DNA from: Patescibacteria group bacterium
Lineage (GTDB): Bacteria > Patescibacteriota > Microgenomatia > UBA10105 > UBA927
Direction of reading: 5' to 3'
DNA: 64,000 nucleotides
Assembly: GCA_035510735.1 (NCBI GenBank)
Contig: DATKGN010000012.1
Coordinates: 9,013 to 73,012, forward strand
The notes beneath the pieces were generated by a model. The model was not told where the DNA came from. It ran no database searches and saw nothing but the letters and a program-made list of their open reading frames with translations. Below, one piece after another: positions 1-10,614 of the stretch. How positions within the stretch are numbered: position 1 is the first letter of the stretch; each line of letters starts with the position of its first letter. A program made the translations under genes and the position numbers.

Positions 1-195
1 GCGAAAGCTCTGGCAGTTAAGGAAGAAAAAAAGCCTGAGGATACGGCGGCCGAAATGCAGAAACAAATGGCAATTATCACACCCATCATGTTTGCGTATT
101 TTGCATTCCAATTCCCCGTGGGACTGGCGCTTTACTGGAATGTTTTTGGCCTTTTTGGTATCATGCAGCAACTCGCAATTAACCGCGAAAAGTGA
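1..195 (+). CDS. yidC: Membrane protein insertase YidC, 3' end (partial)
   Basis: Frame 1 reads ...MQKQMAIITPIMFAYFAFQFPVGLALYWNVFGLFGIMQQ..., the YidC C-terminal motif; lies directly upstream of jag. Confidence 0.85.
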   Translation, partial: AKALAVKEEKKPEDTAAEMQKQMAIITPIMFAYFAFQFPVGLALYWNVFGLFGIMQQLAINREK

Positions 196-270
196 GTATC
201 AGTGTGTCAGCGGCATCAAAGCGTCATCGCAAGGACGCATTGATACGATGAAACATTGACGCTTTTTACA

Positions 271-726
271 ATGGACAACAAAAAAACCGTTCAGACAACA
301 ACCGAAGATCTTCTTTCCCGCCTTGGTATAACGGGTACGGTATCCGTTGATATTGATGAAACCGAAGCGTACCGCGTCAACATTCAGACGGAAGAAACAG
401 GTCTCCTTATTGGATTCCACGGGAAAACGCTGGAGAGTCTTCAGATTATTTTAGGACTCATTGTGTCAAAAGATTTGGGCGCGTGGACGAAAGTCTATGT
501 CAATGTCGGTGACTATCGCGAAAAACGGGAAGAAGCACTCATGCTTATGGCTCAACAAGCGGCTGACCGTGCTATCACCATGGGCCGTCCGGTTGAGCTT
601 TCCCGGCTCTCAGCATCCGAACGCCGCGTTATTCATCTTACATTAAGCGGCGATGAACGGGTCGAGACAGAATCAGTTGGAGAGGGTTTACACCGCGTGC
701 TTCTCGTTAAACCGAAGGTTGCATAA
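271..726 (+). CDS. jag: Jag/KhpB RNA-binding protein (KH + R3H)
   Basis: GLLIGFHGKTLESLQ KH motif and ERRVIH R3H motif; yidC-jag synteny; ATG at 271 preferred over the TTG at 256. Confidence 0.9.
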   Translation: MDNKKTVQTTTEDLLSRLGITGTVSVDIDETEAYRVNIQTEETGLLIGFHGKTLESLQIILGLIVSKDLGAWTKVYVNVGDYREKREEALMLMAQQAADRAITMGRPVELSRLSASERRVIHLTLSGDERVETESVGEGLHRVLLVKPKVA

Positions 727-789
727 TCCCCTTTTCTGCTCATTTTTATTTTTCTTCTTTCTGACGTATCATGAGGGGTAATCTCTGTC

Positions 790-2118
790 ATGAACAAGCT
801 CAACCGGATTCATAAATTATTATTTTACGCACTCCTTGTCTTACTGCCGACCCAAATAGGGCTTCATTTTTGGCCAGCGTGGACGTTTGTGCTGGGGAGG
901 CGTGTGGATTATCTCTCCCCCACCCTATTTTTAACGGATATTGTGCTTTTTGCTGTGTTGATGTTTTGGTTTCTCGATTCAGTGAAACATTTTAGAAAAA
1001 CCAAAAAAATAAATAAACCCTCAAAGATTAATCTGTTCATATTTCTTGCAGTCGGCATGCTCATCTGTTTTATTGTCGATAATACAATTCATGCATTGAG
1101 CATTCCGGTTGCTGTTCTCGCTTGGGTAAAGTTTTTTGAGTATATAGCCCTCGGGTTGTATATCGTAAAAACAAAACCTCGTGTTGGCATTGTCACTGTC
1201 TGTTTGGGGCTTGCGATGCTTTATTCATCAATCATTACAATTTTTCAATTTTTCCTCCAGCGTTCAATCGGCGGAATTTTGTGGTGGCTCGGTGAACGGA
1301 CGTTTTCGATTGGCACGCCCGGGATTGCTAAAATTGCATTATGCAATCTTATTCATTCATCCTGTCCGCTTTATCTTCGGCCATACGCCACATTTCCCCA
1401 CCCGAATGTATTAGGCGGATTTTTAGGAGTGGCACTTCTACTGGTGGGAACAATTCCTCATGAAGATGTACGAAAACTTTTACCCCGTGGAGTACGGATT
1501 CAGGAGCCGTTATTATCATTTCTACAGTTCATTCTTTTGGGTGCTGGTGGGGTGTCGTTAATTCTCACATTCAGCAGAAGCGCATGGGCGATGGTTCTAT
1601 TGGCAGTAGTTGCCATCGGGATATCGAAACGAGTGAATGCACTAAAATTTCGTGCAATACTCGGCGGAGCAATCGTATTTTTTGCGGTTATGATTTTCTA
1701 TATCTTCTCTGCTCATTTTTCCGATGAATCACTTATTGTCCGCGAACAATTAAACAGCGCTGCATTCTCCATAATACAGTTTCATCCGTTTATTGGCGTT
1801 GGCTTGGGAAATTTTTTAGTTGCACTCCCCTCTTTTATTCCGTCTCGCGAAGTATATTTTCTTCAGCCGGCGCATAATATTTATCTGCTTCTTCTTTCAC
1901 AGATTGGTTTTTTCGGCATCGCGCTATTGATCGTATTTGCTTATTTTTTGATTCTTCAATTCAAAAAAAATGGTAGAAGCTTCGGGTTTAAAAATAAACG
2001 TTCTGTTTTTCGGATATGTCTGCTTGGGTTACTTTTTATCGGACTTATTGATCATTACTCAGTAACATTACAGCAGGGACAACTGCTCCTCACACTCCTC
2101 ATCTCCATGAGTCTTTAG
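790..2118 (+). CDS. O-antigen ligase/polymerase family membrane protein
   Basis: Multi-TM; RPYATFPHPN, TFSRS, GVGLGNF and AHNIY motifs. Confidence 0.8.
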   Translation: MNKLNRIHKLLFYALLVLLPTQIGLHFWPAWTFVLGRRVDYLSPTLFLTDIVLFAVLMFWFLDSVKHFRKTKKINKPSKINLFIFLAVGMLICFIVDNTIHALSIPVAVLAWVKFFEYIALGLYIVKTKPRVGIVTVCLGLAMLYSSIITIFQFFLQRSIGGILWWLGERTFSIGTPGIAKIALCNLIHSSCPLYLRPYATFPHPNVLGGFLGVALLLVGTIPHEDVRKLLPRGVRIQEPLLSFLQFILLGAGGVSLILTFSRSAWAMVLLAVVAIGISKRVNALKFRAILGGAIVFFAVMIFYIFSAHFSDESLIVREQLNSAAFSIIQFHPFIGVGLGNFLVALPSFIPSREVYFLQPAHNIYLLLLSQIGFFGIALLIVFAYFLILQFKKNGRSFGFKNKRSVFRICLLGLLFIGLIDHYSVTLQQGQLLLTLLISMSL

Positions 2119-2176
2119 CTTTTATATTATTTCAATAAATTTTCGCAATGCCGGCTAGGCATGGTACAATACTTTT

Positions 2177-3481
2177 ATGCCTCAGATGCCTCGAATTAGT
2201 CACTCGGTCCCGAAACAACTTGCGTGGAATACATCGGCTCAGATAGCCGCCCGTGGTATTAGTGCATTGACGACCCTTCTCATGACAATCTTTATTGCAC
2301 GTCATTTTGGTGCGAACGGGTACGGAGATTTTGTTAAAATTACCACGTATATTGCGTTTTTTTATCTTCTTGCAGACTTCGGGTTTAACGCCGTCTACCT
2401 CCAACGGACCCCCTTATCAGCCGGCACCGACGAGAACATTAATGATTCCGCTTGGGAGGATTTACTGGAACTTCGTATAACGGTAGGTTGTTTGCTTGTT
2501 ATCATTGCGGGTGCCTCAGCGTTCATCTTGCCTCAGGGGCCAGCCGGCGGATACACACGCTTTGTACAATTAGGAATACTTCTGTTTGCGCCGTCCATCC
2601 TTTTCCAGGCGATGATCACTTCGGCTAATGCTCTATTCCAAAAATATCTTCGATATGATCTTTCGACGGTTGCTGTGACGATAGGATCATGTATCTCACT
2701 TTTACTAGTCATTCTCGTGACACAGGGAATAATTCCCGGAAACACAATACTCTATTCAACAACCGCGCTATTGGTCGGCGCGGCGGCGACTGCACTTATT
2801 TCACTGTATCTCACCCGGAGACTGCAGATAACCCATTATTCAAGTGTATCGTGGGTGCGTATCCGATCGTTATTTATTGAAGGCTTGCCGCTAGGGGTGA
2901 CACTCCTTTTTAATCTCGTTTACTTCCGGATTGACAGTGTGATACTAACAATCACGAGATCGACTGCAGAAGTTGGTATTTACGGACTTGCATATAAAGT
3001 ATTTGAACTTCCGTTGGTTCTTCCGACGTTTTTCATGAATGCACTTTACCCGATGATGCTCCGTATCACACAAAATACATTTTCGGAAGAGCGGTCATTA
3101 CGGGATGTTGTTTTTAAGTCCAGCGCATTTCTTTTTCTCACATCGCTCATCGTCTTTATTATTGTATGGATAGGTGCGCCGATTGTCGGATTCATTAAAA
3201 ATGATTTTGTTCCGGCGATCGCGGTTCTTCGGATTTTGATTATCGGGCTTCCGTTTTTCTTTCTTTCAAGTCTCACCATGTGGACCCTCATTGCTCACAA
3301 ACGGCAAAAAATGCTGGCGGCTATTTATGGAATTTCGATGGTACTTAATGTTGTATTAAACGCTTTATTTATCCCCCGATTCGGATATATTGCTGCCGCC
3401 TGGATCACTGTAATATCGGAGGGATTTGTTCTTCTTGTCTCAGGCATTGCGGTCATTCCGTTGTTGCATAAGGGGAAATAA
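2177..3481 (+). CDS. Polysaccharide flippase (Wzx/MOP family)
   Basis: Multi-TM; DFG motif, RIDSVIL...VGIYGLAYK, LFIPRFGYIAAAW. Confidence 0.85.
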   Translation: MPQMPRISHSVPKQLAWNTSAQIAARGISALTTLLMTIFIARHFGANGYGDFVKITTYIAFFYLLADFGFNAVYLQRTPLSAGTDENINDSAWEDLLELRITVGCLLVIIAGASAFILPQGPAGGYTRFVQLGILLFAPSILFQAMITSANALFQKYLRYDLSTVAVTIGSCISLLLVILVTQGIIPGNTILYSTTALLVGAAATALISLYLTRRLQITHYSSVSWVRIRSLFIEGLPLGVTLLFNLVYFRIDSVILTITRSTAEVGIYGLAYKVFELPLVLPTFFMNALYPMMLRITQNTFSEERSLRDVVFKSSAFLFLTSLIVFIIVWIGAPIVGFIKNDFVPAIAVLRILIIGLPFFFLSSLTMWTLIAHKRQKMLAAIYGISMVLNVVLNALFIPRFGYIAAAWITVISEGFVLLVSGIAVIPLLHKGK

Positions 3482-3531
3482 TATTTCCTTGGTTGCGAAA
3501 TAATTCATTTTATTGTAACGTATTACATCTT

Positions 3532-3984
3532 ATGAAACTCATTGTTCACACGGATGGCGGAGCGAGGGGAAATCCGGGGCCCAGCGCGGTCGGCGTTGTC
3601 ATTGAAGAGATTACACAGATGCAGGGGGCGCCCCAAAAGAAAAAAATAATTCAAGAATTCGGTAAGACAATAGGGGAGACAACAAACAACGTCGCAGAAT
3701 ACACGGCAGTAATTGAGGCACTCGAGTGGATAACCAATAATCCAATCAACCAATCAACCAATCAACCAATAATCCAATTTTATTTAGACTCAACATTGGT
3801 TGTTAATCAACTCAATGGGATTTTTAAAGTAAAAGATGCGAGGTTACGTGAGTTACTTATGAAAGCGAAAATTCTTGAACAAGGAATAGACGGTTCAATT
3901 CAGTACAACTCCGTCCCAAGAGAACAAAACACGCGTGCAGATTATCTTGTGAATAAAGCGCTCGATGATAAATTAGTTGCTTAG
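3532..3984 (+). CDS. rnhA: Ribonuclease HI family protein
   Basis: TDGGARGNPGP, TNNVAEY, DSTLVVNQ, VPREQNTRAD motifs. Confidence 0.85.
   Translation: MKLIVHTDGGARGNPGPSAVGVVIEEITQMQGAPQKKKIIQEFGKTIGETTNNVAEYTAVIEALEWITNNPINQSTNQPIIQFYLDSTLVVNQLNGIFKVKDARLRELLMKAKILEQGIDGSIQYNSVPREQNTRADYLVNKALDDKLVA
3732..3778. repeat. 8-nt tandem repeat (AACCAATC-type) in frame inside RNase HI
   Basis: aaccaata atccaatc aaccaatc aaccaatc aaccaata atccaat, encoding NNPINQSTNQPI. Confidence 0.8.
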
Positions 3985-4189
3985 AGTTTAGAACTTAGCA
4001 TATGAGAGCGCAAGATGTACTTTTTATTTTACTAAACTCTTTGCTCTCGTGTTGCTAGGCCCTGAAGTCTCCGTGTGTCTAATCCCCTCATGTCGGGTAG
4101 CGCGTATAATGCGTGAACCCCTCCCGTATTTTTCAGTTGTTTTCGGTCAATTGAAATGCCATAATACAACGGCGGAATTTCCGTCTTTT

Positions 4190-6820
4190 ATGGACCCTGC
4201 CAACGAACCAGCGTGGATAAACGAAACTTCTGCTCTCCCGATAGCGCACATTGACGCCCAGGATGAGAGGCGTGTTATCGCCCTGCGGGAATATCTTGAA
4301 TCGAACGGTTGCCAGGTGGCCGTTAATAAACATCCCGACGGAACCGTTTCATATCATATTGCAGTCGGCGATTATTCGTTTGTGAAATCTATTTTTTCAT
4401 CCGAACCCGACACTGCCGAATTACGACTGTCCATTGTCACCGGTTTATTCCCACCTGACGCGGAGAAGCAGTCGAGAGCATTCGGGAAAATTATTGTCAC
4501 AGATGATGAAGTATTTACCCCGGAAGATGTTGTTGAAATCTTTGCATTTTTCTTTGCGGGAAATGATGCGTTCTATGATAAAAGACGAAACGTACATGAG
4601 CATGCACCCGTTGAGGCGAACTCCGGAGTCGGGATTGAGCCACCGGTAACAGCTGAAGATGTTACACAACAGGTTCCGGTGAAAAAGCAGGAATCATCGC
4701 GAGACGGAATTGCACAACTCTTTGAAAACGCCAGTGATAAAGATCGGATAGGAACTATTATTTCCGATGTATATAAAGAAGACTTGGGAAACGACGAGCC
4801 TTCGCAGGTTGCGAAAAAAAATAAACGGAGAAAACGAAAATTACAAAAAGGCATCGGGTTTGTGATGCTCTTTATTTTTTTCATGATGGTAGTTCCGTTT
4901 ATTTGGTATTTTGTGAGTGTCAGCGCAACACTTGCCTCATTTGCCGAGGAAAGTATCCAGTTGAAACAAAGCAATACGACGATCGCTTCGGAACTAAACG
5001 TTGTCGGACACTATTGGTTACAACAATCACGATTTTCGTTTGGACTAGTCAGTGCCCCTTTTCGAATTTTAGGATTTGATGATGTGGTCCGCGGACAGGA
5101 ACGCCTCATTTCTTTTTTGACGGATATTTCTTCGGCGTTTAGTGATTCATTCACCATAATGAAATACGGAAACTCAGTAGCGACTCAGGTACTGTCAGGG
5201 AATAACTCTCCCAACGCCGGATCGCCGGTTTATGCAATGGATCAATTGCGGTTAACCGTCGAATCGTCAACCGGAACTTTAGGGTTAGCGGAAGCTCAGC
5301 TTTCAACGCTCATGAGGGACGGGACGTTTCCATTCTCAATAGGACTGATCAGTTCAGCGGGTGCACAGGCATTACAGTCACTTGCGACACTTCGAAGTGT
5401 TTTGTCGTATGTCGATCAATTACTCATTTTGTATCCTCAGATTACCGGATTTCGTGGACAAAAAACGTATCTCGTGCTTTTACAAAACAGTAATGAACTT
5501 CGGCCGACCGGGGGATTTATCGGAAGCGTCGGACTTATGCATGTTGAAGATGGTGCGGTCTCTGACTTTACGATTCAGGATGTCTATGCCGTTGACGGAC
5601 AGCTCAAGGGGCACGTCGATCCGCCGGGACCGCTAAAGGACCTTATGAACGCGGAACACTGGTACCTCCGTGACAGTAATTGGAATCCTGATTATTTTGA
5701 AAGCGCAACGCAATCGGCGTGGTTTTATCAGAAAGAAACGGGTGTTACGGTTGATGGCGTTATCGCGCTTAATGTTCCGGTTGTTGTTGATTTACTCAAA
5801 GCAACGGGTCCGATTTATCTCCCTGACTATAACGACCGGATTTCTGCCGATAATTTTTTCGGCAAATCATTTTATTACACACAGCATGATTTTTTCCCCG
5901 GGTCGACGCAAAAGAGCGATTTCCTGGGCACATTATCGAGGGCACTGTTGACGACAATCACTTCTGAAAAAAATATAAATCCGATTCTTATTTTCCGTGC
6001 AATAGCAACCGGTCTTGCAAGAAAAGATATCTTGTTTATGTTTACTGACGCTCCTGTACAACAATTGGTTGAATATTTCGGGTGGGCGGGGAGGATGTTT
6101 CAAACTGAGGGGTGTAGCGGAGTTGATAAAACGTTCTGTGTGTTTGATCCATTTGCAGCTGTCGAAGCAAATGTCGGCGTCAATAAAGTAAATTATTTTA
6201 TAAAACGGTCGGCAAATCGGCAAATTGTTATTGCTCCTGATGGCACGGTTTCCGAATCATATTCGCTGACGCTTCGGAATACGTCAAATGAATCAAATGC
6301 CGGAAAAACAAAAGGTGTCGGCGGGGCGTATCTTTCATATCTGCGGTTTTATATTGCGGGAGACGCACTTGTAAACGATGTCACGCTGGACGGACAACCG
6401 GTCCCGTCGCGTGACCCAAAGCAAAAGATCGCACCCAGAGTGCCTTATATAGAAACAACACAGGCTCCTGAGGGGGCGAGAGGAATTGGCGTTGCGTTTT
6501 CGATAGATCCCGGAGTTGAACGAACCCTGAGGATTTCATACAAACGTTCGACTCGTCTCTCATTCGGTCGTGGTGGCGCGACCCTTGACTTACTATATTA
6601 TAAGCACCCGGGAGTGAGTGATCAGAATTTGTCAACCGTTATACAATACCCGTTGTATTGGGGCGCACAAGATGAGTCTCCCCGGCAAGAAGAAACAGTA
6701 GCAGGAGGCTTTTTGTCGGGCTCATCACAGAGCCCGTCGTTGGTTGCAAAAGAGGGGCAACTCGAGTACAATACGACAATCGTTCAGGATCAGTCAAATC
6801 GCATTCTTTTTTCAAAATGA
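4190..6820 (+). CDS. DUF4012 domain membrane-anchored protein
   Basis: YLVLLQNSNELRPTGGFIGS, LRDSNWNPDY, DGVIA, EANVGVNKVN motifs; single TM; start uncertain (ORF is open from 4049). Confidence 0.8.
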   Translation: MDPANEPAWINETSALPIAHIDAQDERRVIALREYLESNGCQVAVNKHPDGTVSYHIAVGDYSFVKSIFSSEPDTAELRLSIVTGLFPPDAEKQSRAFGKIIVTDDEVFTPEDVVEIFAFFFAGNDAFYDKRRNVHEHAPVEANSGVGIEPPVTAEDVTQQVPVKKQESSRDGIAQLFENASDKDRIGTIISDVYKEDLGNDEPSQVAKKNKRRKRKLQKGIGFVMLFIFFMMVVPFIWYFVSVSATLASFAEESIQLKQSNTTIASELNVVGHYWLQQSRFSFGLVSAPFRILGFDDVVRGQERLISFLTDISSAFSDSFTIMKYGNSVATQVLSGNNSPNAGSPVYAMDQLRLTVESSTGTLGLAEAQLSTLMRDGTFPFSIGLISSAGAQALQSLATLRSVLSYVDQLLILYPQITGFRGQKTYLVLLQNSNELRPTGGFIGSVGLMHVEDGAVSDFTIQDVYAVDGQLKGHVDPPGPLKDLMNAEHWYLRDSNWNPDYFESATQSAWFYQKETGVTVDGVIALNVPVVVDLLKATGPIYLPDYNDRISADNFFGKSFYYTQHDFFPGSTQKSDFLGTLSRALLTTITSEKNINPILIFRAIATGLARKDILFMFTDAPVQQLVEYFGWAGRMFQTEGCSGVDKTFCVFDPFAAVEANVGVNKVNYFIKRSANRQIVIAPDGTVSESYSLTLRNTSNESNAGKTKGVGGAYLSYLRFYIAGDALVNDVTLDGQPVPSRDPKQKIAPRVPYIETTQAPEGARGIGVAFSIDPGVERTLRISYKRSTRLSFGRGGATLDLLYYKHPGVSDQNLSTVIQYPLYWGAQDESPRQEETVAGGFLSGSSQSPSLVAKEGQLEYNTTIVQDQSNRILFSK

Positions 6821-7539
6821 AAAAATACACACTTACCGGTGAGAAGCGTGAGCTCGTTGGAAAAAAAGTAAAACATCTTCGTCGTGAGGGGAAATTGCCG
6901 GCGACGATATACGGAAAAAAAATAAAAAGTGCTTCAATCTCCATATCTACTGACGCATTTCATAAGGTGTACGAAGAGGCGGGGGAGACGGGACTAGTTC
7001 AACTGTCAGTAGGCGGTGATACCCGGCCTGTTCTTATTCACAGCGTTCAGGTTGATCCGGTGTCGTACGTACCACTCCATGTCGAATTTCATCAAGTAGA
7101 TTTGAAGGAAAAGGTACATGCAAAAGTATCTGTTGAATTGACAGGGGACAGCCCCGCAATTGCGCAAAAATTGGGCGTTCTTCTGTCGGTTCTTAGGGAT
7201 GTTGAGGTCGAAGCATTGCCGACAGATTTGCCCGAAAAAATTTTGGTCGATATTTCAAAACTCGCCGAGGTGAATCAGGAGTTAAAGGTTAGTGATCTCT
7301 CTGTGGCCTCCGGGGTTACTGTGTTAACTGACGGTACTCTGACCATTGTAAAAGTTGGTCCTCTCGTCACCAAGGAAGCGGAAGCACTTGCCGCTTCCGA
7401 AGCCGCCGCAGCAGCTGAAGCCGCCGCACTCAAAGCAGAAGCTGCAACTCCGACCACAGAAGGACAAGTTCCGGCCGCAGAGGGTGCCCCCGCAAAACCT
7501 GAAGCCGCTCAGAACGAAGAAAAGAAGACAACCTCTTAA
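6817..7539 (+). CDS. rplY: 50S ribosomal protein L25/Ctc
   Basis: GKKVKHLRREGKLPATIYG, HVEF, LPTDLPEKI; Ala/Glu-rich tail. Confidence 0.95.
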   Translation: MKKYTLTGEKRELVGKKVKHLRREGKLPATIYGKKIKSASISISTDAFHKVYEEAGETGLVQLSVGGDTRPVLIHSVQVDPVSYVPLHVEFHQVDLKEKVHAKVSVELTGDSPAIAQKLGVLLSVLRDVEVEALPTDLPEKILVDISKLAEVNQELKVSDLSVASGVTVLTDGTLTIVKVGPLVTKEAEALAASEAAAAAEAAALKAEAATPTTEGQVPAAEGAPAKPEAAQNEEKKTTS

Positions 7540-7542
7540 TTG

Positions 7543-8112
7543 TTACGGATTTCCTTTTTGGATTTCAGTTATAAGTGAATTGAGCGCCTGATCATTGGGG
7601 TCCAGCGTCTGTGCTTTTTGTAAATAACCTAAGGCTTCCTGAGTGTTTCCGAGTTCGTACGCGAACGTTCCGGTCATGATATACGCATCCCGATAGTCGG
7701 GTTTTTGTACAGTGACACCTTTCCAATATGCGTAATTTTGTTTGAGTTGTTGGGGCTCACCCTGCCATTCCTTGAGAAACGCAGCAGGATCGGTTGTTGC
7801 CCCTAAGACATTTCCGCCTGTGGCATGATAGAGGTCTTCGGCAAGGGTCATCTCCCGTTTTGCATTTTGAGGTAATCCTTGTTTCCAGAAAAAATTTGCA
7901 AGCGCCATATGGCTTTGTGTAGAGAAAGGGGACAGAAGCGTATTTGTAAATAGCATCGAGAATGAAAGGGGGGTGCGGATGATTACTTTTGAGTTAACTA
8001 AAAAAAGTGCCATTAATAAAGCCCAAAGTGTTATTCTGCCTCCCCAATGAAGTGTTTTCATAATTGGTGGTGCGGAGAATAATCGGGAAATCTGCGGGAA
8101 TTTTAGCTTCAT
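7543..8112 (-). CDS. TPR-like membrane-anchored hypothetical protein
   Basis: N-terminal TM; C-terminal PDYRDAY...ALGYLQKAQTLDPN TPR-like repeat. Confidence 0.6.
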   Translation of the reverse strand: MKLKFPQISRLFSAPPIMKTLHWGGRITLWALLMALFLVNSKVIIRTPLSFSMLFTNTLLSPFSTQSHMALANFFWKQGLPQNAKREMTLAEDLYHATGGNVLGATTDPAAFLKEWQGEPQQLKQNYAYWKGVTVQKPDYRDAYIMTGTFAYELGNTQEALGYLQKAQTLDPNDQALNSLITEIQKGNP

Positions 8113-8158
8113 AGACGTTGTGTGTGCTATATTGTAGGGAGCCTAAAGGAGTTTTGCA

Positions 8159-8875
8159 ATGGTCACACCAATAAATGATCGAAACCGTATTGATAAGCTA
8201 CTGTCTTTTCTTGCTGCATCGTATCCAAAAGCGAAAATTGTTCTTCATTATAAAACATCGTGGGAACTTTTAGTCTCGGTTATTTTATCAGCACAGTGTA
8301 CTGACGTCATGGTTAATAAAGTTACCGAGAAGCTTTTTGCAAAATATAGAACCCTTGGAGACTATGTCGCGGCCCCAATCAGTGACTTTGAAAAGGACAT
8401 TAAATCTACAGGGTTCTATCACAATAAAGCAAAGAATATCGTAGCGTCAGCAAGGATGGTTAAAGAAAAATTTGGCGGGAAAGTGCCGAGAACCATGGAA
8501 GAGATACTGACTCTGCCGGGCGTTGCACGAAAAACTGCTAATGTTGTGTTGGGAAATGCATACGGCGTTATTGAAGGGATTGCGGTCGATACGCACGTCC
8601 ATCGTCTAAGCCAACGACTACGCCTTATCGATTTGACGAAAATCGGAGGAAAGAAACTTATGGTGTTTGAGTATGGTGGCAAACCTGTTGTCGATTATAT
8701 AAAGGATGCCGACCCTACAAAAATCGAAAAAGAACTTATGGGCGTCATTCCGCGCGATCAGTGGTTTACCATCAACCACCGACTGATTGATCATGGTCGC
8801 GCTGTATGTAAAGCACAAAATCCGGATTGCGACAATTGTGTACTTAATAAACTCTGTCCATCATCTCGGGTATAA
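8159..8875 (+). CDS. nth: Endonuclease III
   Basis: LSAQCTD, HhH LPGVARKTAN, VDTH, C-X6-C-X2-C-X5-C Fe-S motif. Confidence 0.95.
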   Translation: MVTPINDRNRIDKLLSFLAASYPKAKIVLHYKTSWELLVSVILSAQCTDVMVNKVTEKLFAKYRTLGDYVAAPISDFEKDIKSTGFYHNKAKNIVASARMVKEKFGGKVPRTMEEILTLPGVARKTANVVLGNAYGVIEGIAVDTHVHRLSQRLRLIDLTKIGGKKLMVFEYGGKPVVDYIKDADPTKIEKELMGVIPRDQWFTINHRLIDHGRAVCKAQNPDCDNCVLNKLCPSSRV

Positions 8876-8878
8876 CCC

Positions 8879-9466
8879 ATGAATCAAACGATAGGTATAA
8901 AAGTCATACCGCTCACTATTCTAAACGGAAAATTAATAACGTTTGTATATAACGGTCGAACCCCGTCACGCATTTGGGAAAAGAATGTGACCCTTGAAGC
9001 TACGACTGCACAAATAATACAAACAATTGTCGGACTTGATCCCGGCGACGGATATATCGAACAACTTTATACCATTTCCCGTCCACAGGAGAGAGATTTT
9101 GATATCGCGATCGTTTACTATTTCTTAGTAGCACAGGCACATATTGTGAGTCCTGAGGGTTGGACTGAACGGGTTCACGCGTTAGACCACCCGCTTATCT
9201 CGTATGCAACGCAACGGCTTCGGTGGAAAATCGAATATACGAACGTCGTATACAGCTTATTACCAAATGAGTTTGTGTTAGGGGAATTGCAGCGGGTCTA
9301 CGAAGCAATACTCGGTCGGACGCTCGACAAGAGAAATTTCCGTAAAAAGATTCTTTCCCTCCGCATGCTTGATGACACGGGTAAGAAGCGTTCGCAGGGA
9401 CGCTCAAGGCCCGCTGAAGTATACCGGTTTAAAACGCGCAAACCCACAATTGTTGAAGTCCTCTAA
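8879..9466 (+). CDS. nrtR: NrtR-like regulator (degenerate Nudix + wHTH)
   Basis: LLPNEFVLGELQRVYEAILGRTLDKRNFRKK...RPAEVYRF NrtR wHTH signature; directly upstream of NAD salvage genes. Confidence 0.85.
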   Translation: MNQTIGIKVIPLTILNGKLITFVYNGRTPSRIWEKNVTLEATTAQIIQTIVGLDPGDGYIEQLYTISRPQERDFDIAIVYYFLVAQAHIVSPEGWTERVHALDHPLISYATQRLRWKIEYTNVVYSLLPNEFVLGELQRVYEAILGRTLDKRNFRKKILSLRMLDDTGKKRSQGRSRPAEVYRFKTRKPTIVEVL

Positions 9467-9477
9467 CAGTTTCCTTA

Positions 9478-9540
9478 TTGACCTCTGTCTTATCTTCGTG
9501 TACTTTTAACACTATATATTAAGTGTACAATATACACTTT
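9478..9540 (+). promoter_or_regulatory. Sigma70 promoter with two NrtR boxes
   Basis: TTGACC(9478)-17-TACTTT(9501); GT-N7-AC palindromes ttcgtGTacttttaACactat (9495-9515) and taagtGTacaatatACacttt (9520-9540). Confidence 0.75.
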
Positions 9541-10596
9541 ATGCATTATTGGGATATCAACACTATGAACCATATACGAAAGGGGTATTATAGTGCAGTC
9601 TATTTTAATAGAACGAAAAAAATTCTTCAGAATGAGGAGGATAACACTCCTGTGACTATGCAGATTTTTCAACGGAATGATGCGATTCTTTGTGGCGTCG
9701 ATGAGGTTACTGAATTATTGAAGGCGGGTTCGGGATATTGGGAAAGGGATACGTGGATTACTTGTTGGAAAAAACTTCGCGTTATATCACTTTGTGATGG
9801 TGATACCGTAACGTCAAAAGAACCGGTTATGCATATCAGCGGTCCATACATGTATTTTGCACACTTAGAATCTCTGTATTTGGGAATTTTTGCAAGACGA
9901 ACATTAGTGGCGACGAACACGCGGCGTGTTGTTGAAGCGGCAGCTGGTAAACCCGTCATCTGTTTTGCTGATCGGTTTGATCATTTTCTCAACCAGGAAG
10001 GTGATGGATATGCGGCGCATCTTGGTGGGGCAACAGGTGTATGTACACCGGCTCAGGCGTCCTGGTGGGATGGAACTCCTTCAGGAACGATTCCGCACGC
10101 ACTTATTGCGGTGAATGATGGAAATACTATTGACGCGGCTTTGCAATTTGCGAACAATTTTCCGGACGTTCCGCTTATCATCCTCGTCGACTATACCAAT
10201 GATTGTGTAGGAATTGCACTTTCGGTTGCTAAGAGATTGAAAAAAAGACTTTGGGCTGTACGGATTGATACGTCTTTGGATGTTGTTGACGCGTCTTTGA
10301 AAAACGTTTCGCGATCAGCGAGTGGTGTAACACCTATGTTGGTTCAAAATGTACGAAACGCACTTGATCAGGGCGGATTTTCATGGGTAAAGATTGTGGT
10401 TTCCGGTGGATTTAATCCTGATAAAATCCGGCTCTTTGAACGCATGAAAATCCCCGTGGATATCTATGGCGTCGGATCTGCACTCCTGAAAGGAGGGAAT
10501 GATTTTACGGCGGACATCGTCAAGGTGCGGGGTATTCATCAGGCAAAATCAGGACGTTCGTATAGAACAAACAAGCGTTTTCATCAAATACTGTAA
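9541..10596 (+). CDS. pncB: Nicotinate phosphoribosyltransferase
   Basis: GTIPHAL, LVDY, VRIDTS, VSGGF, YGVGS type II PRTase motifs; operon context. Confidence 0.8.
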   Translation: MHYWDINTMNHIRKGYYSAVYFNRTKKILQNEEDNTPVTMQIFQRNDAILCGVDEVTELLKAGSGYWERDTWITCWKKLRVISLCDGDTVTSKEPVMHISGPYMYFAHLESLYLGIFARRTLVATNTRRVVEAAAGKPVICFADRFDHFLNQEGDGYAAHLGGATGVCTPAQASWWDGTPSGTIPHALIAVNDGNTIDAALQFANNFPDVPLIILVDYTNDCVGIALSVAKRLKKRLWAVRIDTSLDVVDASLKNVSRSASGVTPMLVQNVRNALDQGGFSWVKIVVSGGFNPDKIRLFERMKIPVDIYGVGSALLKGGNDFTADIVKVRGIHQAKSGRSYRTNKRFHQIL

Positions 10597-10614
10597 TTTC
10601 AAATAGGAGGATAT

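Noticed and set aside
7375-7510. GCC/GAA-rich repeats at the end of rplY
   Set aside because: Ordinary Ala/Glu low-complexity tail of L25/Ctc.
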